Part shown: one piece after another, positions 37,455-48,662 of the stretch
How the letters are laid out: every line of letters starts with the position of its first letter
Position numbering within the stretch: position 1 is the first letter of the stretch
Source: Octopus sinensis
Lineage: Eukaryota
Length of the DNA stretch: 64,000 bases
Assembly (NCBI RefSeq): GCF_006345805.1
Contig: NC_043022.1
Coordinates: forward strand, 2,666,001-2,730,000
Direction: 5' to 3'
Notes under the pieces: model-generated
Database searches by the model: none
What the model was told of the DNA's origin: nothing
Seen by the model: the letters and a program-made list of their open reading frames with translations, nothing else
Translations under genes and position numbers: made by a program

Positions 37455-37668
37455 TCTCGAGCCATGCCTGGCTCATAAGGGCCAGTTTCCTGGTTTCATT
37501 GGCGTATAGGTTCTCCACCTAGACAGGATGCCGGTCCGTCACAGGTGAGCTGCAAGATGCAGGAGGAAAGAGTGAGAGAACGTTGTGGTGAAAGAGTCAG
37601 CAGAAGTTCGCCATTACCTTCTGCCAGAGCCACGTAGAGCTTAGGTGTTTCGCTCATAAACACACACA
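37455..37668 (-). mobile_element. SINE family A, tail A3 (V-domain-like)
   Basis: Minus strand: GAGCGAAACACCTAAGCTC (A head), then CCTGTGACGGACCGGCATCCTGTC and GAAACCAGGAAACTGGCCC. Confidence 0.6.
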
Positions 37669-37699
37669 TTGCCCATATATATATACATATATATATATA

Positions 37700-38325
37700 C
37701 ACACACACATGTGTGTGTCTGTGTTTGTCCCCTGATCACTACTTGACAACCAGCGTTGGTGTGTTTATATCCCCTTAATTTAGCAGTTTGGCAAAAGAGA
37801 CCAACCAAATAAGTACTAGGCTTAAAAAATAAGATCTAGGGTCAATTTCTTCGACTAAAACCCTTCAAGGCGGTGCTCCAGTATGGCCACAGTCTAATGA
37901 CTGAAACGAGTAAAAGAATAGGCATGGCTATGTGGTAAGAAGCTTGTTGCCAAGCACACAGTTCCAGGTTCATTCCTGCTGCATGGCTCCAAAGCCTTGT
38001 GAAAGGAGCCTCCCTGTGTGCGCACGTGTGTCTTTGTGTTTGTCCCCCACCACTGCTTGACAACCAGTGTTGGGTGTGTCTGTGTCCTCGTAACTTAGCA
38101 GTTCAGCAAAAGAGACCAACGGAACAAGTACCACGCTTAAGAAAACCGAGTACTACGGGTCGATTCCCGATGACCTAGCGGTGTGGCAAAAGAGATTGAC
38201 AGAATAAGTACCAGGCTTGGGGGGGGGGGGGAAAGAAAAATTCCTGGGCACAATTCATTTGACTAAAATTCCTTCAAGGCAGTGCCCCAGCATGGCCGCA
38301 ATCTAATGAGTGAAACAAGGATAAA
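37700..38325 (+). mobile_element. Cluster of degenerate B SINE pieces
   Basis: Repeated GCAAAAGAGA..GA.AGAATAAGTAC and GGTGCTCCAG.ATGGCC blocks. Confidence 0.7.
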
Positions 38326-38385
38326 ATTACAGAAGATATCCAAGATATTGTGGCAAGCAAACTATAAACCTTTGCAATTCAATCT

Positions 38386-38797
38386 AGGCGCAGGAGTGGC
38401 TTTGTGGTAAGTAGCTTGCTAACCAACCACATGGTTCCGGGTTCAGTTCCACTGCGTGGCATCTTGGGCAAGTGTCTTCTGCTATAGCCCCAGGCTGACC
38501 AATGCCTTGTGAGTGGATTTGGTAGACGGAAACTGAAAGAAGCCTGTCGTATATATGTATATATATATATATATATATGTGTGTGTCTGTGTTTGTCCCC
38601 CCTAGCATTGCTTGACAACCGATGCTGGTGTGTTTATGTCCCCGTCACTTAGCGGTTCGGCAAAAGAGAACCGATAGAATAAGTACTGGGCTTACAAAAG
38701 AATAAGTCCCGGAATCGAATTGCTCGATTAAAGGCGGTGCTCCAGCATGGCCGCAGTCAAATGACTGAAACAAGTAAAAGAGTAAAAAGAGTAAGAG
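38386..38797 (+). mobile_element. SINE family B, full length
   Basis: Matches the B consensus end to end. Confidence 0.9.
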
Positions 38798-39364
38798 TAT
38801 GATACTTCAATAATAGAATTGTATGGAAATATTTAATTTCTCCCAGTGTGTGACTTGAGAATTGCTTTCTACTCTTGTTTCTGTTTTCATTATTTTTGCC
38901 TTTGTTCTTTCTTTCTTTCTTTCTCAATGTTAGTCTCTGAGAAGGTTGTCTAAAAATAACTCCCAAGGTGGTGATGGTGGTGAGGGGGGGGCGATGGTGA
39001 TGGTGATGGTGGTGGTGGTGAAATTTTCCATTTTCTGATCTTATGCCAAGAATTGTGATTTAATCTGTGCAGTTCAGTCACATAGTCACATATCATTTTC
39101 TAGATTGAATTGCAAAAGGTTTATAGTTTGTTTGCCACAATAGCTTTCCGAATAAATCACTTGAACAATCACCGAAATAGGTTTGGTATTTTTTTTTTTT
39201 TTTCAAATTTTTTTTCTTTTTTTTGTGGGGGTGGGGGGTGGTTGGAAAGGGTGGGGATTCCAAACTTGGGATTTGTTTTCTGGCCGAAATGGTTTTGCGA
39301 TGTGTTTTGGTTTTAGATATTGGTGCAGGTATGGCTGTGTCCAGTTTGCTGGACATTGTTGTAG

Positions 39365-39574
39365 AGCTGAAAAAGAAGTAATTTCTCCTCTTCTCCTCTG
39401 GAAGCCATCTACTCGCAGTACCAGAGGGCGCACACTCTCCTACCCTGATGTAATCTCCAGGGATACAGGCATCCAGCAACAGGACCTCCGTAATGCTATG
39501 ATGGACCGTGAAGTCTGGCGTAACATAGTAAATTCCATTGTCTCGACCACGGTCGAACAATGATGATGATGATG
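39365..39574 (+). mobile_element. RTE-clade LINE 3' fragment (ORF2 C-terminus and (TGA)n tail)
   Basis: Translates as LLLWKPSTRSTRGRTLSYPDVISRDTGIQQQDLRNAMMDREVWRNIV, matching the GR...DTG...AM.DR..WR pattern of RTE C-termini, followed by TGATGATGA. Confidence 0.75.
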
Positions 39575-39832
39575 GCTGTATGGTTTTAGAGGCTTGCTTC
39601 TCAACTGTGTGATCTTAGGTTCAGTACCAGTGCACAGTGCACAGTAGCTCTGAGCTAACCATAGTCTTCTGAGTGAATTTGGTAGACAGAAAGTATGTGT
39701 GAGGAAGTCTCAAAGAGCTTAGGCTCAAACTGTCCAAAGACTTTTCCATTCTTCCTGAGCATTGAATTAATACACCTGCTTGTTGTTCCTTTACCTGTCT
39801 TCTTTTGTTTTATGTAAATTTGAACTATTTAG

Positions 39833-40160
39833 GCACAGGAGTGGCTGTGTGGTAAGTAGCTGGCTTACCAACCACATGGTTCAGGGTTCAGTCCCAATGC
39901 GTGGCACCTTGGGCAAATGTCTTCTACTATAGCCTCAGGCCAACCAAAGCCTTGCAAGTGGAATTGATAGATGGAAACTGAAAGAAGCCTGTCATATATA
40001 GATATAGATATGTTTGTGTAACCCGTAACTTAGTGGTTCAGCAAAAGAGACCGATAGGATAAGTACTAAACTTACAAAGAATAAGTCCTGGGGTCGATTT
40101 GTTCGACTAAAGGTGGTGCTCCAACATGGCTGCAGTCAAATGATTGAAACAAGTAAAAGA
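39833..40160 (+). mobile_element. SINE family B with internal deletion
   Basis: AGGCACAGGAGTGGCTGTGTGG...GAAACAAGTAAAAGAAT. Confidence 0.8.
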
Positions 40161-40550
40161 ATATATATATAAAGGGAGTCGTCATCATCATCATCATCAT
40201 CATCATCGTCGTTTAGCGTCCGTTTTCCATGCTAGCATGGGTTGTGTTTATAATTATAATGAAATCATAATTACAATAGAGAGGGTTACGAAAACCCTTA
40301 CATGCTTCGAATATATATATATATATACTGTATATATATATATTTTTTGTACTGTTCTGTGATAAGATAAAAAAAAAAGAAATACTCTATCTAGTGAGAG
40401 AAATATTTGATAAATACAAAATATATACTTTTATGTGATATCAGTTTCATGTGATGAGAGCATGCCAGACAGCATTTTTTAAACATGTCTAGTGTCCTAG
40501 CACAATCTTCAGGCACTATCCACATAGTATAACCTGATGAGATGGATAGG

Positions 40551-40872
40551 GGGCACAGGTGTAACTCTGTGGTTAAGAAGCTTGCTTCCAACTACATTGC
40601 CTTGGGTTTAGTCTCATTGTGCAGCACCTTGGGCAAGTGTCTTTTACCATAGTCCTAGGCTGACCAAAGTCTTGAGTGGATTTGGAGACAGAAACTGAAA
40701 GAGGCCCATCATGTGTGTATTGGTCCACCAGCACTTGAGTGTTGCTTTGTTTACATCCCCATAACTTGGTTCAGAAAAAAAAAACAATTGTTTAAGCACC
40801 AAGCTTTAAAAAATAAGTACTTGGTGTTTTGTTTGACTTACATGGCTGCAATCCAATGAGTGTAACCGGTAA
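40551..40872 (+). mobile_element. SINE family B, highly diverged
   Basis: CACCTTGGGCAAGTGTCTT...AGAAACTGAAAGAGGCCC. Confidence 0.65.
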
Positions 40873-41714
40873 AGTGTTTCTGCTGACTATTCAGATTGTA
40901 TTTGAAAAACGTACACACGCACTCAAAATAAATAACCATGATTCTAAGGAAGTTGAATTTTTATTTAGATTAAACTTTGTTGATTTTTATCTCTAAATCT
41001 GTGAGTCACATTATCTCGTCGTTAATCTTATCTGCTTCCTGCTAATGAAATAGCTGAGCCTATTCAAAACTCGTCTAAATTTATACTATCTGCTTTCATG
41101 ATGGTTCATTATGCTGATTTTGGAATTGCACTGTCATAGAAACGAGCATTTCAATTCGGGTTTTCATAGTGTTAATTTGACACATGAGAACTCCATCTAT
41201 ATTGAGATATGAGTCTATCACAGATTACAGTCACAGAAAAGCTGGTATATATTCAAAACGGATTAAATATACAGTGATACATGGGATTAAGTGTGCTGCT
41301 AAAATACACAAGGAAATGCTTGCTGCCAGTTTGATGTTGAACACCTTATCCATCAGGCTTTTTCACTTCCTCTAGGGTAAGCTTTGCTTATTTTACTCAC
41401 TTGTGGTGGCATTTACTCGTGGTGGGTTGAGCTGGCTTTGACCAAGAAGTTCACCATGTCCCTTACAGATGCTGCCGTAGCTGTAGTTGTCATTCACTGT
41501 AGAGGTCATGTTTGGAGTTTCAATGGGAACACAAATCCACATTGGATCCCCAGTCACATGGTTACACTTTAGAATGATGTAATCTACAGCAGTTCATGAT
41601 GCTGTCGGTTGTTGACACTTTCAGGGGATTTGCTGACGAAATCACCACCAATTATCAGAACAGACATATCTTGAGTTTAAAGAGGACTTGAAAGACCTGC
41701 TTTAACAAAAGCTG

Positions 41715-42149
41715 AAGAGGTCCTCACTCCCAGTGGCCCTGCAGCACGCCCGACATCAACCCAGAATTTCTGAGTGCTTGTGTTACTTTCCTCCTTGGTT
41801 AATTCATTCAGCTATTTTCTCTATCTTGATCAGGGCTTATTGAAGACCATGTGTTAAGGTAACATCTTTAATCCTTTGTCACCTGTTCAAATACACAGGT
41901 TAAGGAGTTCCTCACTCCCAGTGGTTTCCCAGCACACCAAACATCAACCCAGAATTTCTGAGTGCCTGTGTTACTTTCCTCCTTGGTTAAGTCATTCAGC
42001 TGTTTTCTCTATCTTGATCAGGGCTTATTGAAGACCATGTGTTAAGGTAACATCTTTAATCCTTTGTCACCTGTTCAAATACACTGGTTAAGGAGTTCCT
42101 CACTCCCAGTGGTTTCCCAGCACACCAAACATCAACCCAGAATTTCTGA
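41715..42149. repeat. Tandem repeat, 188-bp unit x ~2.3
   Basis: CCTCACTCCCAGTGG at 41722, 41910, 42098. Confidence 0.92.
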
Positions 42150-42440
42150 GGGCCCATCTTACTCCAGTCTGATTTGACATTATTTCTATGGCTGGATGCA
42201 ATTCTTAATGCCAACCACTCTTAAGAGCATAATGGTTGCTTTTACATGCCACCAGCATCACTTGCGTGACGCCAGTATCTGTCACGACTATGGTTTCACT
42301 TGGCTTGAGGGGTTTTCTCAACCATGACAGTGCAAAAGGTCTTGATCATTCGTCATTGTGTCCCTGGGGCCCAACATTTGAAAAATGCTTTTTATGAACC
42401 ACCAGCATCAACCACTTTACCTCTGTGAGGCCCAATACTC
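42150..42440 (-). mobile_element. Family D element, degenerate
   Basis: CTCCAGTCTGATTTG...GGCTGGATGC..TTCTTAATGCCAACC. Confidence 0.65.
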
Positions 42441-43404
42441 GAGGTCTTACCTGGGTTAGACAACAAATACTCCAGAAGGATAAGCGGTTGACTTGACTTA
42501 GCATCAGTAGCAAGTGGAAGGTGGGGCCCAGCCTGCTTCTGGTAAGGCTTTTATGATGGTGACATTTTTGGGTCTACCTGTTTAGGCTTGTGGGAGCTGG
42601 AGAACTCGGGGGCTGTTCCAGGGACACAAACTCTTGCTACACCACTGCTTACTACTTCACATAATATGACTAATTGTTATTTCAACCTGAGGTTAGTCTT
42701 GATCGACCAGACATGGTCAGACGTTCCAGTTATTACCATCAATCCTGTTTTCAGCATCACAACATCCGATGCCTTCTTTTTCCTGCCAAAATGACATGGG
42801 TCTCATTTGAGGTAGACTCGGCTGCTATTTCTAGTTAGTTCAAGCGATTTGTGTCGCAACTTTTAACAGCTCTACTTGTCGTTTTCCTTCCTAACTCACA
42901 AGAATGTCACGAAAACAAAGCAACCACCACCGCCACCACCAAAAAAAAAAAAAGAAAAAACTAGATCGGTGAAGGGAGTTCCATGTGTATTGTGACTACA
43001 AATGTTAATAACAAGAACATAAACCTCACACGAGTCTGCTTCAAAAGAGTGAATGAACTAAAACTAATTAGGAAACCCACCCCCCACCCTCCTCTGATTT
43101 ATGTCATCAATTTGTTTCGTTTGTTGTTTATTTATTGCCAATTTTCTGTTTAATTAGTCATTGCTACATTTCTCTGTTTCCCAGCTAATTGTGTAATTAG
43201 AGCTGGGATTATTTATTGTATTGGTCACCAGTTGGATTTATGAAAGACACCAAGGTAGTAGTAGTGGCAGTGGTGCTGGCGGCCGAGAAAGGGCAGAACC
43301 AGAAGAGGAACGGAGGGCAGAATGCTTTGTTGGTTTTCATTTCATTTGAGTTTGAGTCCATGCTCAGGCCAAGTCGAAGACTCCACCCTCAGAGTCTGGT
43401 GTGG

Positions 43405-43620
43405 TTGCCAGGTTGTATTCTCTGTTTAATTTTGACATGTGTAGGAACGAGTTTGAGTCAGTTTGTGCTCGTTGTGTATATCCTGGGAGATGGGGTTCAT
43501 CTCTAATGGTGCTTAAGTATCTATCCAGCTGCAATTTGAATGATTCCACACTGCATCCTGATAGATTTCTGACATGTACCGGAATGGAGTTGAATAGTTG
43601 TGCTCCTCGAACCAACAGAC
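43405..43620 (-). mobile_element. CR1/L2-group LINE 3' fragment
   Basis: Translates as VRGAQLFNSIPVHVRNLSGCSVESFKLQLDRYLSTIRDEP, matching the RG..LFN.LP...FK..LD.YL pattern of CR1-type C-termini. Confidence 0.7.
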
Positions 43621-43675
43621 TTGACTCTCGCAGGGTTTTTGCTGCCTGAGTTCAAATCCCATCATCATCATTTAA

Positions 43676-43894
43676 CCCTTTAGTATTTAAACCGGCCATA
43701 TCCGGCCAAAATATTTAATCTGTTTTATGCTCAAACTGACCAGATCCAGGCTCTCACACCTACCCTACAATGTTATTTTACATTAGGTAATTACACCATC
43801 AAGATCTTGAAGATATGAGATAATGCATGATTAATTCAAATCAATGTGAATCAATAGGCATTATGTTTGATAGAATAATCTGAACACTAAAGGG
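43676..43894 (+). mobile_element. MITE family E, intact
   Basis: TTAA|CCCTTTAG...CTAAAGGG|TTAA, 219 bp. Confidence 0.85.
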
Positions 43895-43897
43895 TTA

Positions 43898-44240
43898 ATG
43901 TCTATTATCCATGCTGGCATGGGTTGGATAGTTTGGCAGGAGCTGGCGAGGCAGAGGGCTGCAGCGGGCTCCAGTTGTCTGTTTTGGCATGGTTTCTATG
44001 GCTGAATGCCCTCCCTAATGCCGTGCGCTTTACAGACGGTACTGTGTGCATCTGAAACGGCACCAGTACGGGTTCTCTGCCCACCAGCTCCAGCACAGTT
44101 GCTCCACCTGCCAGCACCGACACGGGTGCTCCGTGTGCTGGCACCTGCAGGGTATACTTTGGCATGGGTTTTACCACTGGATGGACTGGGTGCTTTTTAC
44201 GTGGCACCAGTAGCAGTGAGGTCACCAACTTGCAAGACAA
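43898..44240 (-). mobile_element. Family D element
   Basis: CCATGCTGGCATGGGTTGG...GCTTTTTACGTGGCACC. Confidence 0.7.
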
Positions 44241-44712
44241 GAGCCCTCAACTGAAGCGGGGAGACGGGTTTTTGTAGCAGGTGGTAAGAGATTAGAGTAT
44301 GATTGAGGGACAGAAACAGGGGTCTTGAAGTAGAGGAGATAGATGGCAACCCCAGTTGGAAAGGCAGAGAGAAAAGGTAGCAAAGAAGATGTGTTGGAGT
44401 GTTAGGTTTGAGGTGTAAATAAGTGGAGTGATATAGAGGATTGGGTGAGGAGGTAAGATTGTGAGAGGGTGAAAGCAAAGTGGGAGATGCGAGGAAGGGG
44501 TGTGCAGTATGCGAACACAAATAGAGTGGGTGTTAGGGAGATATCTTGTATATTTTTCTTTGTTTCAGTCTCTGGACTGTGGCCATGCTGGAGCTCCTAC
44601 TTGAAAAACTTTTAATTGATGATTCAACCCCAGAATTTTTTTTAAACTTGGTACTGATTCCATCAATATCATTTTGTTGACCTACCAATCACTCCTAGAG
44701 TCTAGTGGGTGC

Positions 44713-45039
44713 TTTTTATGTGCCACCGGAACAGGAGCTAGTCAGGTGGGCCTGGCATTGATCATGTTCGGATAGTACTTTTTATGTGCCACCGGAACAG
44801 GAGCTAGTCAGGCGGGCCTGGCATTGATCATGTTCGGATAGTACTTTTTATGTGCCACCGGAACAGGAGCTAGTCAGGCGGGCCTGGCATTGATCATGTT
44901 CGGATAGTACTTTTTATGTGCCACCGGAACAGGAGCTAGTCAGGCGGGCCTGGCATTGATCATGTTCGGATGGTACTTTTTACGTGCCACTGGTACAGGA
45001 GCCAGTCAAGGGGTATTGGCATCGGCCATGTTCGGATGG
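44713..45039 (-). repeat. 66-bp x 5 tandem array derived from the family D internal unit
   Basis: TTTTTATGTGCCACCGGAACAGG at 44713, 44779, 44845, 44911, 44977 (last copy diverged). Confidence 0.92.
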
Positions 45040-45450
45040 TCAAAACATTATATAGATTTAAATGTTCATCAAAATGTAGAATAGAGGTTAAGGAAAAACC
45101 TGAATCTCAATAATTCTGGTTACTTCTATTCAAAGGTTGGTAGAACTCTTTTACTCTTTTACTTGTTTCAGTCATTTGACTGTGGCCATGCTGGAGCACC
45201 CGCCTTTAGTCGAACAACTCAACCCCAGGACTTATTCTTTGTAAGCCTAGTACTTATTCTATCGGTCACTTTGGCTGAACTGCTAAGTTACAGGGACGTA
45301 AACACATCGGTTGTCAAGTGATGGTGGGGGGGTAACAAAACACTGATACACAAATACATATATATATATCAGAATCACCATGTTGAATCGCTAGCTTCTG
45401 CATGCATTCTTTTCTCTCCCCTTGTTTCTCTCCTTGTTTTCTTCTGTGTA

Positions 45451-45488
45451 TCTTTCTGTTGAAGAGCGTAGGCTCGAAACGTAAAAGA
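45451..45488 (+). ncRNA. Minimal type I hammerhead-like motif in an H element (45372-45588)
   Basis: TCTTT-CTGTTGA-A-GAGC(GTAG)GCTC-GAAACGT-A-AAAGA. Confidence 0.55.
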
Positions 45489-45583
45489 CTTGTTTTATTT
45501 ATATTCCTGAGCGCCATACTAATACAATTGTTTGTTTGTACTCCACCTGCCTTCGTCTTTTGTTTATTTTCATAAAGCTTCCC

Positions 45584-45625
<42 letters not shown>

Positions 45626-45628
<3 letters not shown>

Positions 45629-45756
45629 GGTGTCCCCAAAAAATGTATACACATAGTGGTTCGGCAAAAGAGAACGATAGAATAAGTACTAGGCTTACAA
45701 AGAATAACAAATTTACAATTATTTAAGGTGTGTATACATTTTTTTGGGACACCCTG
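45626..45756. mobile_element. Tc1/mariner-type MITE
   Basis: TA|CAGGGTGTCCCCAAAAAATGTATACAC...GTGTATACATTTTTTTGGGACACCCTG|TA, 27-bp TIR with one mismatch. Confidence 0.85.
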
Positions 45757-46507
45757 TATATATATACACACACATATACAACGGGCGTCTTACAGTTTCT
45801 CTTTACCAAATTCACTCACAAGGCCTGAAGCTATAGTAGAAGACACTTGCCTGAAGCTATAGTAGAAGACACTGGAGCCATGTGTTTGGGAAGCAAGCTT
45901 CTTACCACACAGCCACTCCTGGTTAGTTTTTGAATATAAAACCAGTAAAATACCTGAACCAGATAAGGCAAGTTTAAATGCTAAAGAGTTAATCGACATT
46001 CTTTGCATTCTCGTAAGAGGTGTGAATTTGTACTCACCCCATTGTTTGTAAATTCAGTGTAAAATTGACCCAATATCACATGGCATTTTATGAATGGATT
46101 TGTTCTGGCGGCAATAAGACTGCGGCTGCTCGGTAAGTTCCACTGAAAGTCAGCAAAGGGTTATTAAGAACTGGTTTGGATTTAATTTGCCGCATATTTC
46201 AATCTTGAAATTTTATTCTCGATAAGAAATGGGAGTATTCGTGATAGTTCGGCTTCACTTAGTTCTGTGGGGATGTGTGTGTGTGGGGATGTGTGAGTGT
46301 GTGTGTATGTTTATTTTTAAACTCCTGACCTGTTAGGCCCACCCACAAGTTAGCATAGAGACAAGAAAAGGTTCCAGAACTCAAAGGTGTTATTTTAGTC
46401 CCAGATCAAATAAACCTCTTGATTTTGCCCCTCACCACCACCACCTCCGTCCTTTTTCTTATCGTTTTTCTTTTTTATCAGATGAAGGACAATCTGGGCA
46501 TAGTATT

Positions 46508-46915
46508 TATGTCTTTATTGCCTACGGAGGGCTAAACATAGAGGGGACAAATAAGGACAAAAGGATTGTCGATTACATTGACCCCAGTGCATAACTTGTA
46601 TTTATTTAATCGACCCCTGAAAGAATGAAAGGCAAAGTCGACCACAGTGGAATTTGAACCCAGAACGTAATGGCAAACAAAATACCTATTTCTTTACTAC
46701 CCACAAGGGGCTAAACACAGAGGGGACAAACAAGGACAGACAAACGGATTTAGTCGATTACATCGACCCTAGTGCGTAACTGGTACTTATTTGATCGACC
46801 CCGAAAGGATAAAAGGCAAAGTCGACCTCGGCGGAATTTGAACCCAGAACGTAGCAGCAGACGAAATACTGCTAAGCATTTTGCCCCGTGCGCTAACGTT
46901 TCTGCCAGCTTGCCC
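46508..46915 (-). mobile_element. SINE family C1 head-to-tail dimer
   Basis: Full copy 46683-46915 and truncated copy 46508-46685 joined at AAATAGGTATTT. Confidence 0.85.
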
Positions 46916-46944
46916 CCTTTGTATTAGTGTTAGTGCCATAATAA

Positions 46945-47150
46945 CCTGCAGTCTGCCATCATCATCAATGGTTGTCTATTTTCCCGGATGGCATAAGTTG
47001 TTCAATTTGACAGAATCTGACAAGCCAAAGGACTGCATCATGCTCCAGTGTCAGCTTCGGCATGGTTTCTGCGACTGGATTGCCTTCCTAACGCCAACCA
47101 ATTTACAGAGTCTGCTTGATGGCCTTTTTCATGCCCTCAGCATAAAATAA
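46945..47150 (-). mobile_element. Family D element, degenerate
   Basis: CATCATCATC...GCTCCAGTGTC...GCCTTCCTAACGCCAACC. Confidence 0.55.
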
Positions 47151-47371
47151 TTAGCAACAGTATAAAGTAATTAGCAACAGAGCAGAGACAACACAGGTTC
47201 AAGTAGACTCTGTAGTCTTGTCGATGATCTGGCAACCTCTGTAGTGCTGGTGCTGCAATAAATTACAAAACATTGAGGTGGTTGGGATTAAGGAAGGGCA
47301 TCTGGTTGTAGGGACCAAGCCCCCAAAACTGAAGCACATGCACGACTTGATCTTCCTACCTGTGTACGAGG

Positions 47372-47620
47372 GTAAAAGCTCTTTCCCATGTCATATAGAC
47401 TCATAGAATTTGTTTCCTGGTTTCTGTGATGTATATATATGCCCTCCGGGATGGGAAGCCAGTCCCTCACAGGATTACTCATTTTTGCTAACCGAGTGGA
47501 CTGGAGCAACATGAAATGAAGTCTTTTGTTTAAGAACACAATGCCTCACCCAGTTCAGGAATCGAAACCCCAATCTTATGGCCATGAATCCAACACCCTA
47601 ACCCCTAAGCCATGCGTCTC
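47372..47620 (-). mobile_element. A-related SINE with CORE-like and V-like blocks
   Basis: Minus strand: tRNA head GCATGGCTTAGGGGTTAGGG...GGTTTCGATTCC, then GCTCCAGTCCACTCGG, CCTGTGAGGGACTGGC, CAGAAACCAGGAAAC. Confidence 0.65.
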
Positions 47621-47629
47621 GACTGAGTA

Positions 47630-47995
47630 GACTGGGATGAAGTGTTTTGTTCAAGAACAACACATCACCCAGTCCTTATTTCTTTACTACCCACAAGGGG
47701 CTAAACATAGAGGGGACAAACAAGGACAGACAAACGGATTAAGTCGATTACATCGACCCCCAGTGCGTAACTGGTACTTAATTTATCGACCCCGAAAGGA
47801 TGAAAGGCAAAGTCAACCTCGGCGGAATTTGAACTCAGAATGTAACGGCAGACGAAATACGGCTACGCATTTCGCCTGGCGTGCTAACGATTCTGCCCGC
47901 TCGCCGCCCTTTATATCACCCAGTCCTGCAATTGAGACCACAATCTTACGACCACGACTCCAACACCCTAACCCCTAAGCCATGCACCTCCACTG
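47630..47995 (-). mobile_element. A-related SINE head interrupted by a C1 SINE (47677-47914)
   Basis: 13-bp TSD ATCACCCAGTCCT (47664-47676/47915-47927). Confidence 0.8.
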
Positions 47996-48325
47996 CTTAG
48001 GAGGGTAGAACAGATTTAGAATGTAACAACTTGTCCAACCTATCCTAGTAGAGAAATGGTTAACAATCAGGAAATTAAATTTTCCAACAAGTCAGTTTGG
48101 TGTGAATTGGGGGACGTTTGACTGCTAGTTTTAGTAGGTCAAACCGCTACACACTTGTATGTGACATTTTGCCTGTTTTAGAATTTGGAATTATTTGTCA
48201 ATGACGTCTCTAAAGTCCATAGGGAAGAAACAGCAGAAGCTTTATGGCTAAAATTGTTATCTTGGTAAATTGAAATCTTTTGAATTTGTAAAATTCAAGA
48301 TTCCTTATTTTTCTCAGAACATAAG

Positions 48326-48662
48326 GCACAAGTGTGGCTGTATGGTCAGATGGTTGCTTTTCAACCACATGGTTCTGGGTTCACTCCTACTGCATGGTAC
48401 CTTGGGCAAGTGTTTTCTACTATTGGGCCTTGAAAGTGGATTTGGTGAATGAAAATGTGTGTGTCTGTCTGTCCTCCACTACTTGATGACCAGTGTTGGT
48501 TTGTTTATATTCCCATAACTTAGTTCAGTAAGAGACCAATATAATGAGCACTGGGCCTTTAAAGAAACGAATAAAAGGTACTGGTGTCAATTCATATCAC
48601 TAAAAATTTTCCAAGGCACTGCTCCAGCATGGCCACAGTCTAACGACTGAAACAAATAAAAT
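48326..48662 (+). mobile_element. SINE family B, diverged
   Basis: GTGGCTGTATGG...CCTTGGGCAAGTG...GACTGAAACAAATAAAA. Confidence 0.7.

Larger units (their letters stand above)
45148..45920 (-). mobile_element. B SINE split by an H element and a Tc1-like MITE in its central microsatellite
   Basis: B tail half 45148-45335 and B head half 45785-45920. Confidence 0.65.

Noticed and set aside
47585-47985. CCCTAACCCCTAA telomere-like words
   Set aside because: Only one or two units, and they are the reverse complement of a SINE head (TTAGGGGTTAGGG); not a telomeric array.
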